IMG/VR virus record: IMGVR_UViG_3300023184_000030
Span: 108,850-172,849 of that record
Length of the DNA: 64,000 bases
From: a virus
Reading direction: 5' to 3' (one strand)
Notes under the pieces: model-generated
Seen by the model: only the letters and a program-made list of their open reading frames with translations
The model's database searches: none
Told to the model about the DNA's origin: nothing
Position numbers and translations under genes: made by a program
In this document: one piece after another, positions 18,904 to 28,253 of the stretch
Layout of the letters: each line of letters begins with the position of its first letter
Position numbering within the stretch: the first letter of the stretch is position 1

Positions 18904-21537
18904 TTATTCGTATTTTATCCTGTCCTTTGTCTGTTCAACGAATCTTTTGGCAAGTTCAAAGGCTTCACCATCGGTCGCACTATATTTTCTTGATTTATCA
19001 CCGAAAGGAGCATATTTGTTTTTAAACTTAACCTGTGTAGCATCTCCTCTACTATCAAAAACCTCTTTTGCAAAAGTTATAGTTTTCCAGTTTTCTATCT
19101 TAAGTGCCTCTTTATCCCTTGGGGTTAATATGGTATCAAATAGATTTACACCTCCTGACAATTGCGTGTCTCTCACAACTGTAGAATTTTTTCTATTCTT
19201 AATGTCAATGTCATCGGCATTAGTTTTTATATAATAATCATCCTTCTTGGTCTCTGGCTCTTTTTCCTTATCCTCGTCTTTTACCTTAGTGTCATCCGCG
19301 TCTTGAACTTCATCTTTTATAACAGGTTTAACCTCTTCCTTCTTTTCTACGTAAGTATAAAGTCCTCTTTTAGATTCTTCCAGTATCTCATCAGTATTAG
19401 GATCAATCTCAATCGAAGCTCCATTCTTAGCCTTCCAGTCGGTGGGATCGAGTAAGAAGTTAGTAAAGTCACCTGTCTCATATTTTCCTCTAAGACTAGG
19501 GTCCGCATAATCTCTCTCAGTAACAATATAGACTGCTATTTCTGCAGGTCCACTTTTTTGTTTAGATGTTAGATCTATCATCTGAGATCCTTTAGAATCA
19601 ATATCCTCTGATCCTTCTACTGAATTCCCGCTTACTGTTTTAGTCTGAGCGTCTTCTAATACAGAGTATCCTTGCTTCTTAAAGTCAGAGAATTTAGTTA
19701 TTACTTGGGATTCCAATAAATCTGAAAAATGAGATGTATTTAAGCTATCATTAACTTCGGTCTTTTCAGCTTCCACTTTATCCTCAACTGATTTTTGTTC
19801 TCCTGTTTTTATTTTACTCTCGGTCTCTTTTGACATAGTAACGCCAAAGATTCTATTGAGATCATCGGAAGAATATTTAGATAGTTCCTCTGTGGTTACC
19901 TTTTTACCAACAACATTTATTATATTATCCTCAGAGTCGCTGAAATGAAATTCATACTCTTCCGGAGCATTCGGATCAGATACTAATAATGTACCTGACG
20001 AACTGTCGAACTCAGACTCGAATAATTCCCAGTCGCATGATCCCTGATAATTAAACAGAGCATTAAGATCTTTCTCAACAGATAGCATTTGGAAATCTAG
20101 ATCTTCGTTATCGAAGAAACCCCTTTCTATCACATCGCTATTATCAAAAGAAACAAGGGTTAAATCATACTTTGCTATTTGCTTTTGTACCTCTTTCGAG
20201 TTAATCTGACTTAATATGAATATAGATTTTCCTTCTGCCTCTGCAACCTTTACTAGCTCCATTGTTGTTCTAGTTTCATTGCTGAATAAGAAAGAAACTG
20301 CCATACCCCATCCTCCGGCAGGTTGTGACCAGCATATAGTAATAGGCACACCAATCTTTATTTCCTTAGGATCGAATGATCCTTTAGCAAAATCTTCAAC
20401 GTTTCCAAATCTAGGAGCTTGATTTCCACTGAACCAATTCCAGGTCGATCCGACAGCATCAATAGCTAAAAGCGCCCATCCTACCGGATTGGTCCATTCA
20501 GCTGCTTTAGCAAGTCCACCTACGGCTTTAGCACCAGTAATGAATCCTTTTATCATTCCAAAAGATTTTGCTACTATACCTGCCTTCTCCATGTTACCCA
20601 AAGCTTTCTGAAGTCTGGCACCTTCTATCCCTGCCTTACCCATCTTACCCCAGAATGAAACTGCTTTCATTGGATTTATTGCTCCCCAAATTCCCTTTAT
20701 GCCTTTACCAGCTTTAGTAAGCAGACTAGCAGATTTTACTGCATCCTTTCCTGTTCTTAAAAACTTTATTGCTTTCCATCCTCTTCTCAGAGCAAATGCA
20801 CCGCCTAAGTATTTAGCACCGGCAAATATTGCGGTCCCAGCTACAGCATAAGTAGCTATTTTAATTCCGTTATTGAGTGCATCCTGAGCTAAACCCGGTC
20901 CAGTAGAATCATCGCCTACTTTTCCCATTAATTTTCTGTCACTGATGTCAAATAATCTAAACTTAGAGTTTTTATTCTCTATCTCTAGAGGCATCATTTT
21001 ATATGCATCCAGTGTTTCGATCAGATTAGCTCCAGACTCCTGATCTTCAAGGCAAAGAAAAACAGCTTTTGGTTTTCCTGGTGTTTGATTTTTAACGAGA
21101 AATTCATTATCCAATTTTCCCTCAGCATCTAATTTATTATAGGCAAAGTGAAATTTTACTGTCTTCTCCTCTTCTGCCTTATCATTGGTATTTTCTTCGA
21201 ATACCGCATCTGAAATAAAATCACCAAATTTAGATACTCTTCCCTCCACTGGATATTCATTAGCTTCTCTTAATGCTTTTTGCATGGAATAACCGCTGCC
21301 TCCTAGGGATTCCCTAATTATCTCAGAGATATCGCCATACTTTGGCATCTCCTCTGAATCAGCAACCCATTCGCTAGGATTTTTATCTAACCATTTTTTA
21401 AAGTCTGATGAGTATGCCCACCACTGAAAGTCTTCAAGAGATTGGCTTGTTGCTCCCTCCATTTTAAGAGGTATAGTAAACATAGGGAAATCGTTTCCCC
21501 TAGCATATTTACCGTCCGTTGCTAATAATATTATCAT
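18904..21537 (-). CDS. Large putative virion or ejection protein with a Gly/Ala-rich hydrophobic segment
   Basis: 877 aa; IATYAVAGTAIFAGAKYLGG...NPVGWALLAIDAVG; beside head genes; GATATATA at 21602-21609. Confidence 0.55.
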   Translation of the reverse strand: MIILLATDGKYARGNDFPMFTIPLKMEGATSQSLEDFQWWAYSSDFKKWLDKNPSEWVADSEEMPKYGDISEIIRESLGGSGYSMQKALREANEYPVEGRVSKFGDFISDAVFEENTNDKAEEEKTVKFHFAYNKLDAEGKLDNEFLVKNQTPGKPKAVFLCLEDQESGANLIETLDAYKMMPLEIENKNSKFRLFDISDRKLMGKVGDDSTGPGLAQDALNNGIKIATYAVAGTAIFAGAKYLGGAFALRRGWKAIKFLRTGKDAVKSASLLTKAGKGIKGIWGAINPMKAVSFWGKMGKAGIEGARLQKALGNMEKAGIVAKSFGMIKGFITGAKAVGGLAKAAEWTNPVGWALLAIDAVGSTWNWFSGNQAPRFGNVEDFAKGSFDPKEIKIGVPITICWSQPAGGWGMAVSFLFSNETRTTMELVKVAEAEGKSIFILSQINSKEVQKQIAKYDLTLVSFDNSDVIERGFFDNEDLDFQMLSVEKDLNALFNYQGSCDWELFESEFDSSSGTLLVSDPNAPEEYEFHFSDSEDNIINVVGKKVTTEELSKYSSDDLNRIFGVTMSKETESKIKTGEQKSVEDKVEAEKTEVNDSLNTSHFSDLLESQVITKFSDFKKQGYSVLEDAQTKTVSGNSVEGSEDIDSKGSQMIDLTSKQKSGPAEIAVYIVTERDYADPSLRGKYETGDFTNFLLDPTDWKAKNGASIEIDPNTDEILEESKRGLYTYVEKKEEVKPVIKDEVQDADDTKVKDEDKEKEPETKKDDYYIKTNADDIDIKNRKNSTVVRDTQLSGGVNLFDTILTPRDKEALKIENWKTITFAKEVFDSRGDATQVKFKNKYAPFGDKSRKYSATDGEAFELAKRFVEQTKDRIKYE

Positions 21538-21544
21538 CGTATTT

Positions 21545-22354
21545 TTATTTTTCTGTGTATATTTTATCGTAAGACTCGGAATTTACATCTATTAACTTTT
21601 CTATATATCCCTCGTTTCTAAGCTTCTTAAATGTTAAATTGCCAATAGAGAATTCGCCATCTTTACTTAATCCCTCTTTTCTCATCTTCATAATTTTCTC
21701 TTTCAGCTTAGTACTTCTTTTATAAAGTTCTTTAGCATTGTGCGGGAGCACTGATGAAGATACTAGTCTAGTGTGAAGTTGCTCTATCTCGTATGCCATA
21801 GACTCGAATTTTTTATTCACATCATTTTCATCTATTTCTGGCGGATCGAATACTGGGTTCTTTATCCATTCGTTATTTAAAAGAGAAAATAGGCCAGATG
21901 CAATGTGGGGTTCTTTTGCGTCCTGAACATATAGTTCAACATCATACCCTCTTATCGATATGTTATGTCTTAGATTCCATACGAATCTAATTCCATCCAA
22001 GGCTGATTTAAGTATTTGTGGATTGTCATCATCGACGCCTTCGAGATTAACTATGACATGAACGTCAAGGTCTGATAATTTTGTGTAATTAAAATTAGCT
22101 AGGGATCCGGTTAATTGGATATCAACTATATCCTTTTCCTTAAGTATATCATCAAACTTCTCAAAAAATTCTCCTGCTATTCTAAGAAGCTTTTTTCTAA
22201 CCCTCTGATCCAATGTCCATTCAATATCATCACCCTTGGTTTTCTTAGTCCAGAAAATAGGGCTTAGCTCATCGTGATAGAATGGATTTATCTGTCTCTC
22301 TAGTATATGAGAAGATAAGTTAGTGTAATTTTTATAAGATAATACTGAACCCAC
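21545..22354 (-). CDS. Pol-beta superfamily nucleotidyltransferase
   Basis: LTGSLANFNYTKLSDLDVHV (GS...DxD) and DVELYVQD; start reassigned to GTG 22354. Confidence 0.8.
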   Translation of the reverse strand: MGSVLSYKNYTNLSSHILERQINPFYHDELSPIFWTKKTKGDDIEWTLDQRVRKKLLRIAGEFFEKFDDILKEKDIVDIQLTGSLANFNYTKLSDLDVHVIVNLEGVDDDNPQILKSALDGIRFVWNLRHNISIRGYDVELYVQDAKEPHIASGLFSLLNNEWIKNPVFDPPEIDENDVNKKFESMAYEIEQLHTRLVSSSVLPHNAKELYKRSTKLKEKIMKMRKEGLSKDGEFSIGNLTFKKLRNEGYIEKLIDVNSESYDKIYTEK

Positions 22355-22392
22355 AAAAAAAGCTTTTCTTGTATATATCAAAGAAAAGCTTT
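22355..22392 (-). terminator. Terminator hairpin with the late promoter motif GATATATA (22372-22379) in its loop
   Basis: AAAGCTTTTCTT-loop-AAGAAAAGCTTT followed by a U-tract on the minus strand. Confidence 0.7.
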
Positions 22393-22415
22393 AGATGTTA
22401 CTGTAAACTGAATAT

Positions 22416-23123
22416 TTAGCTAGGGAAGCATACCTTTAGCATAACTTCCATTACTGTACTGACATCAAGTTCACAATAAGTTTTGATGTTTTCATAGTCC
22501 TTATCTATCCAGAACGAATCATTTACTTTAGATCCATCCATTATTCCCTTAGGAGATTCTATACCAAGGGAACAAGAAAGAAGGTCTAAACTTAAGTACT
22601 TCTGATGTGTCCAGCTACCAAAAGCAAATACGTCCGAAGTATCAACATAAGGAATCTCCCATGGCTTTTTGTCCCAGATTCTAATATTTGCTGGCGGATT
22701 AATACCATTATAAATCATTCTTTTACCTAGGCACGGAACGTCAAAACCTTTTATATTATGTCCACACAGCTTCCAATTCTTTGAAGCTGCATTATTAAGT
22801 ACCTTAGCTGTTTTAGTTAGAATGTCATGTTCATCGTCACCATAAAAAGAAGCGAATCTTACCTCCCCAGTATCAGTAAATGATCCAAAAGAAACACACA
22901 CAACTCGGGAAAACTCCGGCTCTAATCCAGCCTTTTGTTTATAGATAGCTTCTGGGTCCTCAGCAGATAATGCTGGATATGCTCCAAGATAATATGCTTC
23001 CCTCTTTTTCCATAGCTGCCACAAACGGGGATTAGCATCATGTAATGTTTCAAGATCCTTATAAAGAGCTGCTGTTTCAACATCAAAATAAAGATATTTA
23101 TAAATGTCTTCTTTTTTAAACAT
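22416..23123 (-). CDS. DEDDy 3'-5' exonuclease (stand-alone PolB-exonuclease-like)
   Basis: ExoI FDVET, ExoII HNIKGFD, ExoIII YCELD. Confidence 0.88.
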   Translation of the reverse strand: MFKKEDIYKYLYFDVETAALYKDLETLHDANPRLWQLWKKREAYYLGAYPALSAEDPEAIYKQKAGLEPEFSRVVCVSFGSFTDTGEVRFASFYGDDEHDILTKTAKVLNNAASKNWKLCGHNIKGFDVPCLGKRMIYNGINPPANIRIWDKKPWEIPYVDTSDVFAFGSWTHQKYLSLDLLSCSLGIESPKGIMDGSKVNDSFWIDKDYENIKTYCELDVSTVMEVMLKVCFPS

Positions 23124-23137
23124 AATTTGGTTTTTTA

Positions 23138-23159
23138 CAAAGATAATAGAATATTGCGG
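23138..23159 (-). promoter_or_regulatory. Bacteroidota-type promoter CCG-N11-TATCTTTG
   Basis: TAnnTTTG 14 nt upstream of the ATG. Confidence 0.7.
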
Positions 23160-23168
23160 AAATAAAAA

Positions 23169-24068
23169 TTATTTCTTAGAATTTTTATTTATTACTATAG
23201 GAGGAAGAGACTTATGATCCATCCTATATTTTAAACATGCATCTTCCCTTGCTGGGGATTCTATGATTACATCTATATCCAATCCGAATGTAGGTATCCT
23301 TCTTTTAAGGTATTCCGATTGTTTTGGCATAGAGGGTATTCCATAGTCATCACATTCTTGTGATTCAGAGTGTATAAATACAGGTTTCTGTCCGGCCTTC
23401 CAAGTTGAGCATGAAAGAAAAAGAGCCTCTCTTATACTAAGACCCCCATCATTAAACTGATGTGGGAGTAGTCTAAAACATATTGGGATATTAGATCTGT
23501 AGTAAATGCCAGATAGAAGATCTGTAACTGAAAAAAGACTGGGTTTGTCGTCATTAACAACACAAAGTTTAGAAACGACGCTATTATCCATTTCCAACAA
23601 TCTCTCACAAAAGAGATCCATGGTATTTCTTCTGTTTCCATAAGCCGATCCAACTCTAACCATTATAGATGGGTAATTAACACCTATTAAATCCAGAATG
23701 CTAGATAACCTGGATAGTAACGATATTGTAGAGCTCTTAATATTATCTAATTGAGTACCTAAAAAATACTCCCTATTTATGTATAGAAATATTCGTAAAT
23801 CATTTTTAGTGATTGCAGAATTTATTTCGTCTATTATATGGGATACACCGGATTCCTCCTCTATTACTTCCTTGAAGAAATTTGGGGAAAATTTAAAATC
23901 ACACACGTCTATGCAGGTGATTTTTATATCGATCTCAAGATTTAATTTTATGTTGTCCCTGATCACACAAAGAAATTCCTCGTATGAATTTATCTGTGGG
24001 CTTAGATCCACTGATTCAGAATGAGGACCTATATAAGATAGTTTTGGTGGATTTTGTCCTAATATCAT
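23169..24068 (-). CDS. uvsE: UV-damage endonuclease UvsE-like protein with degenerate metal ligands
   Basis: VGSAYG, NDDKPSLFSV.DL, IPICF, GGLS..EAL...TW, KP..HSES, DVIIE align to UvsE. Confidence 0.75.
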   Translation of the reverse strand: MILGQNPPKLSYIGPHSESVDLSPQINSYEEFLCVIRDNIKLNLEIDIKITCIDVCDFKFSPNFFKEVIEEESGVSHIIDEINSAITKNDLRIFLYINREYFLGTQLDNIKSSTISLLSRLSSILDLIGVNYPSIMVRVGSAYGNRRNTMDLFCERLLEMDNSVVSKLCVVNDDKPSLFSVTDLLSGIYYRSNIPICFRLLPHQFNDGGLSIREALFLSCSTWKAGQKPVFIHSESQECDDYGIPSMPKQSEYLKRRIPTFGLDIDVIIESPAREDACLKYRMDHKSLPPIVINKNSKK

Positions 24069-24082
24069 TTGATCTTTTTAAG

Positions 24083-24111
24083 ATTGTACTGATAAAAGGA
24101 TTTTTAGTTTC
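24083..24111 (-). promoter_or_regulatory. Putative middle promoter GAAAC-N18-TACAAT
   Basis: Recurrent motif. Confidence 0.6.
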
Positions 24112-24118
24112 CGGTAAA

Positions 24119-24607
24119 TTATCCCCCTGTTGTTTCCAGCCCTAATTCGGACGAATTATAAACAGTTTTAGAATTATATCCCTTATCAACGATTTCGCTG
24201 TTTTTGTATTTGGTTTTAGTGGAAATGTTACCATGTTCACCCCCCTGTGCAAATTTAACGGAATTGCCCTTAATCTCTATAACTCTTTCGGTCTTTTTAC
24301 CCTTATTATAAACTTGAATGAAATATCTATATCCTATATTATTAGGATTTCTGAATGCTCTAACTATAACCCCAGTTACTTTATCCTTTGAATCTAAAGG
24401 TTCAGCTATTACTACATCACCTATTTTAAATTCATCGCCTTTTACATTGGTTGGCATATTGGGATCAGTACCAACAGAAACCGATAAATCGTTAAATGGT
24501 TTATAGTTTATTTTTAGGACGCCATTAGCTCCTCCATAACCATAGGTATCACCAAAAGCTCCGCTTTCTCCTCCAAAGTCCTCGTTTATCGATTTAATAT
24601 ACTTCAT
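24119..24607 (-). CDS. Hypothetical protein with an SH3/KOW-like segment, candidate virion protein
   Basis: Probable start MKYIKSINE at 24607, just after GATAAATA (24613-24620); FKIGDVVIA motif. Confidence 0.65.
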   Translation of the reverse strand: MKYIKSINEDFGGESGAFGDTYGYGGANGVLKINYKPFNDLSVSVGTDPNMPTNVKGDEFKIGDVVIAEPLDSKDKVTGVIVRAFRNPNNIGYRYFIQVYNKGKKTERVIEIKGNSVKFAQGGEHGNISTKTKYKNSEIVDKGYNSKTVYNSSELGLETTGG

Positions 24608-24611
24608 TATG

Positions 24612-25166
24612 CTATTTATCTTCGGAGGCCTCACCATTCTGAAGCGCTAGAAGATCTTTTATTTTTGTAGCCAATTCAAAATTCTCAGTGTCGATTGCTT
24701 TCTTAAGCATCGATTCCAGTCTATTAATATCTGATTCATCCTTTTCCGAATCTTTTTTCTCAGTATTACCTATCACATGAATTCTCTGTGGTGAATAGAT
24801 AACCTCCAAGCTAGAGTCGAATCTTATATTTAATCCAGCTTTTATGTCACCCCCAATAGGTTCATCATCCTCATCATAGTCATCATCTCTTAATTCTACC
24901 CATTCCCCATTAACCCAGAATATCATCCATGGACCATAAAAAAGCTCAGCTACATCATTATCAATAGCATAGTTAAGTAATATCTTAAGCTCAGATTTAA
25001 TGTCATTTTTATTTAGGGTATCAGAAAATACCTTTCTTTTAATACCGGGAATTACTGATGTTCCCTCCCCTACTCCTATCTTAAAGCATTTATTAACTTC
25101 AATAATAGAGTCCCAATCCAAGCTGGAAATAACCTTGTCGATTAGTTTGTTATTCGGTTTCTTCAT
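24612..25166 (-). CDS. Hypothetical protein with a C-terminal UVR (UvrB/C) helix pair
   Basis: LESMLKKAIDTENFELATKIKDLL. Confidence 0.7.
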   Translation of the reverse strand: MKKPNNKLIDKVISSLDWDSIIEVNKCFKIGVGEGTSVIPGIKRKVFSDTLNKNDIKSELKILLNYAIDNDVAELFYGPWMIFWVNGEWVELRDDDYDEDDEPIGGDIKAGLNIRFDSSLEVIYSPQRIHVIGNTEKKDSEKDESDINRLESMLKKAIDTENFELATKIKDLLALQNGEASEDK

Positions 25167-25179
25167 TTCTTATATATTT

Positions 25180-25599
25180 CTATTTTTGAAACCCTGCCTG
25201 GTCCGATATGTCAGATACCCAAGAAGCGTATTTAGCTGGATAAAAATTCTTAATAGTTTCTATGTCTCTTTTGGATACCCTATATTTATCCCTTATGAAA
25301 GATTCTATTAATTCCGATGCTTTAACCTCCTCTATCTTAATTCCTTCCGATTTCTTAGTCTTTGTATATAACCAAACTGGTGGTTTAGAAAACCTTGCTG
25401 AGAGGGTTCCGTGCCACCAATCTACCACAGGAGCAGGTACAACCTTCAGCTTATTGAACTGATTTGCTTGAACTGGAAATTGTATAGCCATTATTCGGTT
25501 GATCATAAAAAAGTTTCTAGACTTGTCTATTTTACCGACCGCTTTCCACTCATTAGCTTTGTTATTAAAAATGAGTTTTATTATATCAAATAATTGCAT
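25180..25599 (-). CDS. Possible clamp loader small subunit (T4 gp62-like)
   Basis: FFMINR...W.YTK...KYRVSKR pattern; same operon as the gp44-like gene. Confidence 0.45.
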   Translation of the reverse strand: MQLFDIIKLIFNNKANEWKAVGKIDKSRNFFMINRIMAIQFPVQANQFNKLKVVPAPVVDWWHGTLSARFSKPPVWLYTKTKKSEGIKIEEVKASELIESFIRDKYRVSKRDIETIKNFYPAKYASWVSDISDQAGFQK

Positions 25600-25605
25600 A
25601 TTGTA

Positions 25606-26754
25606 TTATTTTAAGAAATTTTCAAAAGGATCAAATCCCTTAGGTTGAACTGGAGTAACTATCCATTCGGTTCCATCTAGTATTTTTATTCTGTCCAGTG
25701 TTACTGATTTCTTTTCTAGCTTGATTCCTCTTGTAGTTTCCATTTTACATAGGAAAGAAACATTCTCAGGTATTACCGTGTTATCTAACCACATAAGTTT
25801 GATATTTCTTAAGAAATTATTCTTTACCTTTATCCTATTTTCTGTGCTATCAACTCCTTTGCATATCTTTAGAATTAAAGGGGATATCCAATTTAAAAAA
25901 TCATCGTCAGCGACTAATGATTTTATTGATAAATTTTTCCATTTAGATTCGATCAGAAGGTCGTAAATTTTCTCCGCACTCTTTGGGGTAAATCTAGTGA
26001 TCTTTCCAGCATTTTCGAATTCCCATACGCTAGGTACAGAATCACCCTTGTCACCTATTAATATCTTATTAAATATGAAGGGAAAGCTGTCTATCTCTTC
26101 TATATCAACTTTCTTTAAGAAATCTTTAAGCCTTTCTTTCTCCGGTGAAATAGTAGATCCCATATTGAATATGCTAACCTCACTTTTTGTTTCATTTAGC
26201 CAATTTTCCTTCCATCCTTTAGGTACTGAAAGAACATTCTTTTTAGAATTACTGTTCCAAGTTGCTGTCCAGACATCGGGGCTCTTCATTCTAGCAAGCT
26301 GGTGTAAATCTTTATCCCCGCTTATTATGATACAACTTTCTCCTATATCGTTGAATTTTTCAGACCAATATAAAAGGAGATCGTCTCCTTCTGCTCCCTC
26401 AACCTTAGAAAAAATAAATCCCATTTTTTCCATGTGAGTTCCGAATGACTGCATAAGATCAAAGAAAATAGACCAGTCTACATTTTCGTCCTTTACCCTC
26501 CCTGATTTGTATCCGCCATCTTCAATTTCTACGTCCTTTCTCCAACTTCTACTATCTGATGCAAAAACTAATCTTCCGCCTACTGGTAGCATTTTAAGAC
26601 ATGAACATAAATCAGTAGCAATCTTTCTGATAAACATAGATTGATCAGATTTGCTTTTCAGAACTTTTCCTGGATCTACATTAGATCCATATCCTGCAAA
26701 TACTCCAAATGTTTTATGGAATATGTAGTTACCGTCTATAAGTATATTAATCAT
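25606..26754 (-). CDS. rnh: RNase H / 5'-3' flap exonuclease (T4 rnh-like)
   Basis: LIDGN, SWRK, YKSGR, EGDD, SGDKDLHQL, GDKGDSVP. Confidence 0.9.
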   Translation of the reverse strand: MINILIDGNYIFHKTFGVFAGYGSNVDPGKVLKSKSDQSMFIRKIATDLCSCLKMLPVGGRLVFASDSRSWRKDVEIEDGGYKSGRVKDENVDWSIFFDLMQSFGTHMEKMGFIFSKVEGAEGDDLLLYWSEKFNDIGESCIIISGDKDLHQLARMKSPDVWTATWNSNSKKNVLSVPKGWKENWLNETKSEVSIFNMGSTISPEKERLKDFLKKVDIEEIDSFPFIFNKILIGDKGDSVPSVWEFENAGKITRFTPKSAEKIYDLLIESKWKNLSIKSLVADDDFLNWISPLILKICKGVDSTENRIKVKNNFLRNIKLMWLDNTVIPENVSFLCKMETTRGIKLEKKSVTLDRIKILDGTEWIVTPVQPKGFDPFENFLK

Positions 26755-27274
26755 TTCCTCTTCTTATTTTTTCTAATACCTCATCTATCGTGAAGTTTGG
26801 GTTTTTTATTATACAGTCAAAATCAAAAAAGTTTTTAAAATCTTCCCTGTCTGCATTAATTCTTCTCTCTGCTTTATCTGCGTCGTTCCTTCCTGCTAGC
26901 CTTTCTCTTAATATATGTTCATCAATATCGATGAACATTATAAGTGAATCTTTTCTATCTTCAGGTTTAAGTTTTTCTATTCCCGAAGGGGTCATGATAA
27001 AAAGATTAGCTCTATAGAATTCGTCAAGGGACGTTCCGTAGAACCAACTATTAAATTCTACCCATTCATAGAATTCACCTTCCCGTGTCATTCTCATAGC
27101 CTCGTCATAAGTAACGAAGTAATAATCTACCCCGTTAAACTCCCCTTCTCTAGGAGGTCTAGATGTATGTGAGACTGAATAGGTTAAATCTTTTTCTTTA
27201 AGTAACTTAACTAAATGATCCTTTCCTGATCCGCCCTTTCCTGCAATTATTATTCTTCTCCAGTTATCTTTCAT
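26747..27274 (-). CDS. gmk: Guanylate kinase
   Basis: GKGGSGKD P-loop, SHTSRPPREGE..GVDYYF, YGT. Confidence 0.9.
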   Translation of the reverse strand: MKDNWRRIIIAGKGGSGKDHLVKLLKEKDLTYSVSHTSRPPREGEFNGVDYYFVTYDEAMRMTREGEFYEWVEFNSWFYGTSLDEFYRANLFIMTPSGIEKLKPEDRKDSLIMFIDIDEHILRERLAGRNDADKAERRINADREDFKNFFDFDCIIKNPNFTIDEVLEKIRRGND

Positions 27275-27275
27275 A

Positions 27276-28220
27276 TCAATCTGTTAGTTTCTGTATTTGA
27301 AACACGAGTGATAATAAAGAAACCATAGGATCTATAACTTGAGTTCTTTGTGACTGATGATCTGCAACCAATACGATGACAGCAGGAATTATCTTCTTTA
27401 ATTCAGGCTTATTGTTAATTATCCAATTTATAAACTCCTCACCAAGTGCGGACATTACCTCATCAACCTTTCCCTGATATTCACCTACTATATTCTGATA
27501 ATTCTTAACAGGATCTTTTGATGTTGTTATGAGAGTATATAAATCCTCATATGACCAGCCAAGCTCATTTATCTTTGCAGAATCTACTTTCTTTATACCT
27601 TCGATCATCCACGTTTGAACCTTATTAAGAGCTGATCTAAAATCAGGGTAATAATTCTTCTGAAACTCCACAAGAGATTCCGAATCTATTTCAATTCCGA
27701 TTTTTCCAAGGATCAATCCTATTCTCTTATTCCATTCTACTTTTAATTCCTCTTCCTCGTTACTGTTTACCGGGTTAAAATCAACAACTTCGAAACGGCT
27801 TTGAATTGCATCAGGAACCTTATTGATATAGTTACACGTAGCAATGAATCTAGCATTGCCAGCGAACTTTTCGACCGTTCCCCTTAGTGCTTTATAGAAT
27901 TGATCGGAAGCTCCGTCAAACTCATCTAAAATAACTATTTTCTTAGACGATTTTCCGTCCATCACTGAAATGGTGGAACAGAAGTCATTTATTTTTACTC
28001 TAATAGTTTCCACCGAGCTCTCGTCGGAGACGTTTATAAACATACTAGGATAGCCGTTAGCTAAGATTTTGGCAAGAGTTGTTTTGCCACATCCTGGAGG
28101 TCCGCTTAAAAGTACATTATGACCTAGACCGTTCGTAAAAAGATTTGATATCCTATGAGGAAGTATCATATGTTTAAGCTCCTTTGGTCTAAGCTTTTCT
28201 GTTAAAAGTTCTTGTATCAT
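27276..28220 (-). CDS. gp44: Sliding-clamp loader ATPase subunit (T4 gp44 / RFC-like)
   Basis: EKLRP, GPPGCGKTT, ILDEFD, ATCNY, SRF, PDFR. Confidence 0.92.
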   Translation of the reverse strand: MIQELLTEKLRPKELKHMILPHRISNLFTNGLGHNVLLSGPPGCGKTTLAKILANGYPSMFINVSDESSVETIRVKINDFCSTISVMDGKSSKKIVILDEFDGASDQFYKALRGTVEKFAGNARFIATCNYINKVPDAIQSRFEVVDFNPVNSNEEEELKVEWNKRIGLILGKIGIEIDSESLVEFQKNYYPDFRSALNKVQTWMIEGIKKVDSAKINELGWSYEDLYTLITTSKDPVKNYQNIVGEYQGKVDEVMSALGEEFINWIINNKPELKKIIPAVIVLVADHQSQRTQVIDPMVSLLSLVFQIQKLTD

Positions 28221-28224
28221 ATTG

Positions 28225-28253
28225 TTTCTATAGCTAAAAAATGAAGTTGTTTC
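28225..28253 (-). promoter_or_regulatory. Putative middle promoter GAAAC-N18-TAGAAA
   Basis: Recurrent motif upstream of the replication operon. Confidence 0.55.
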
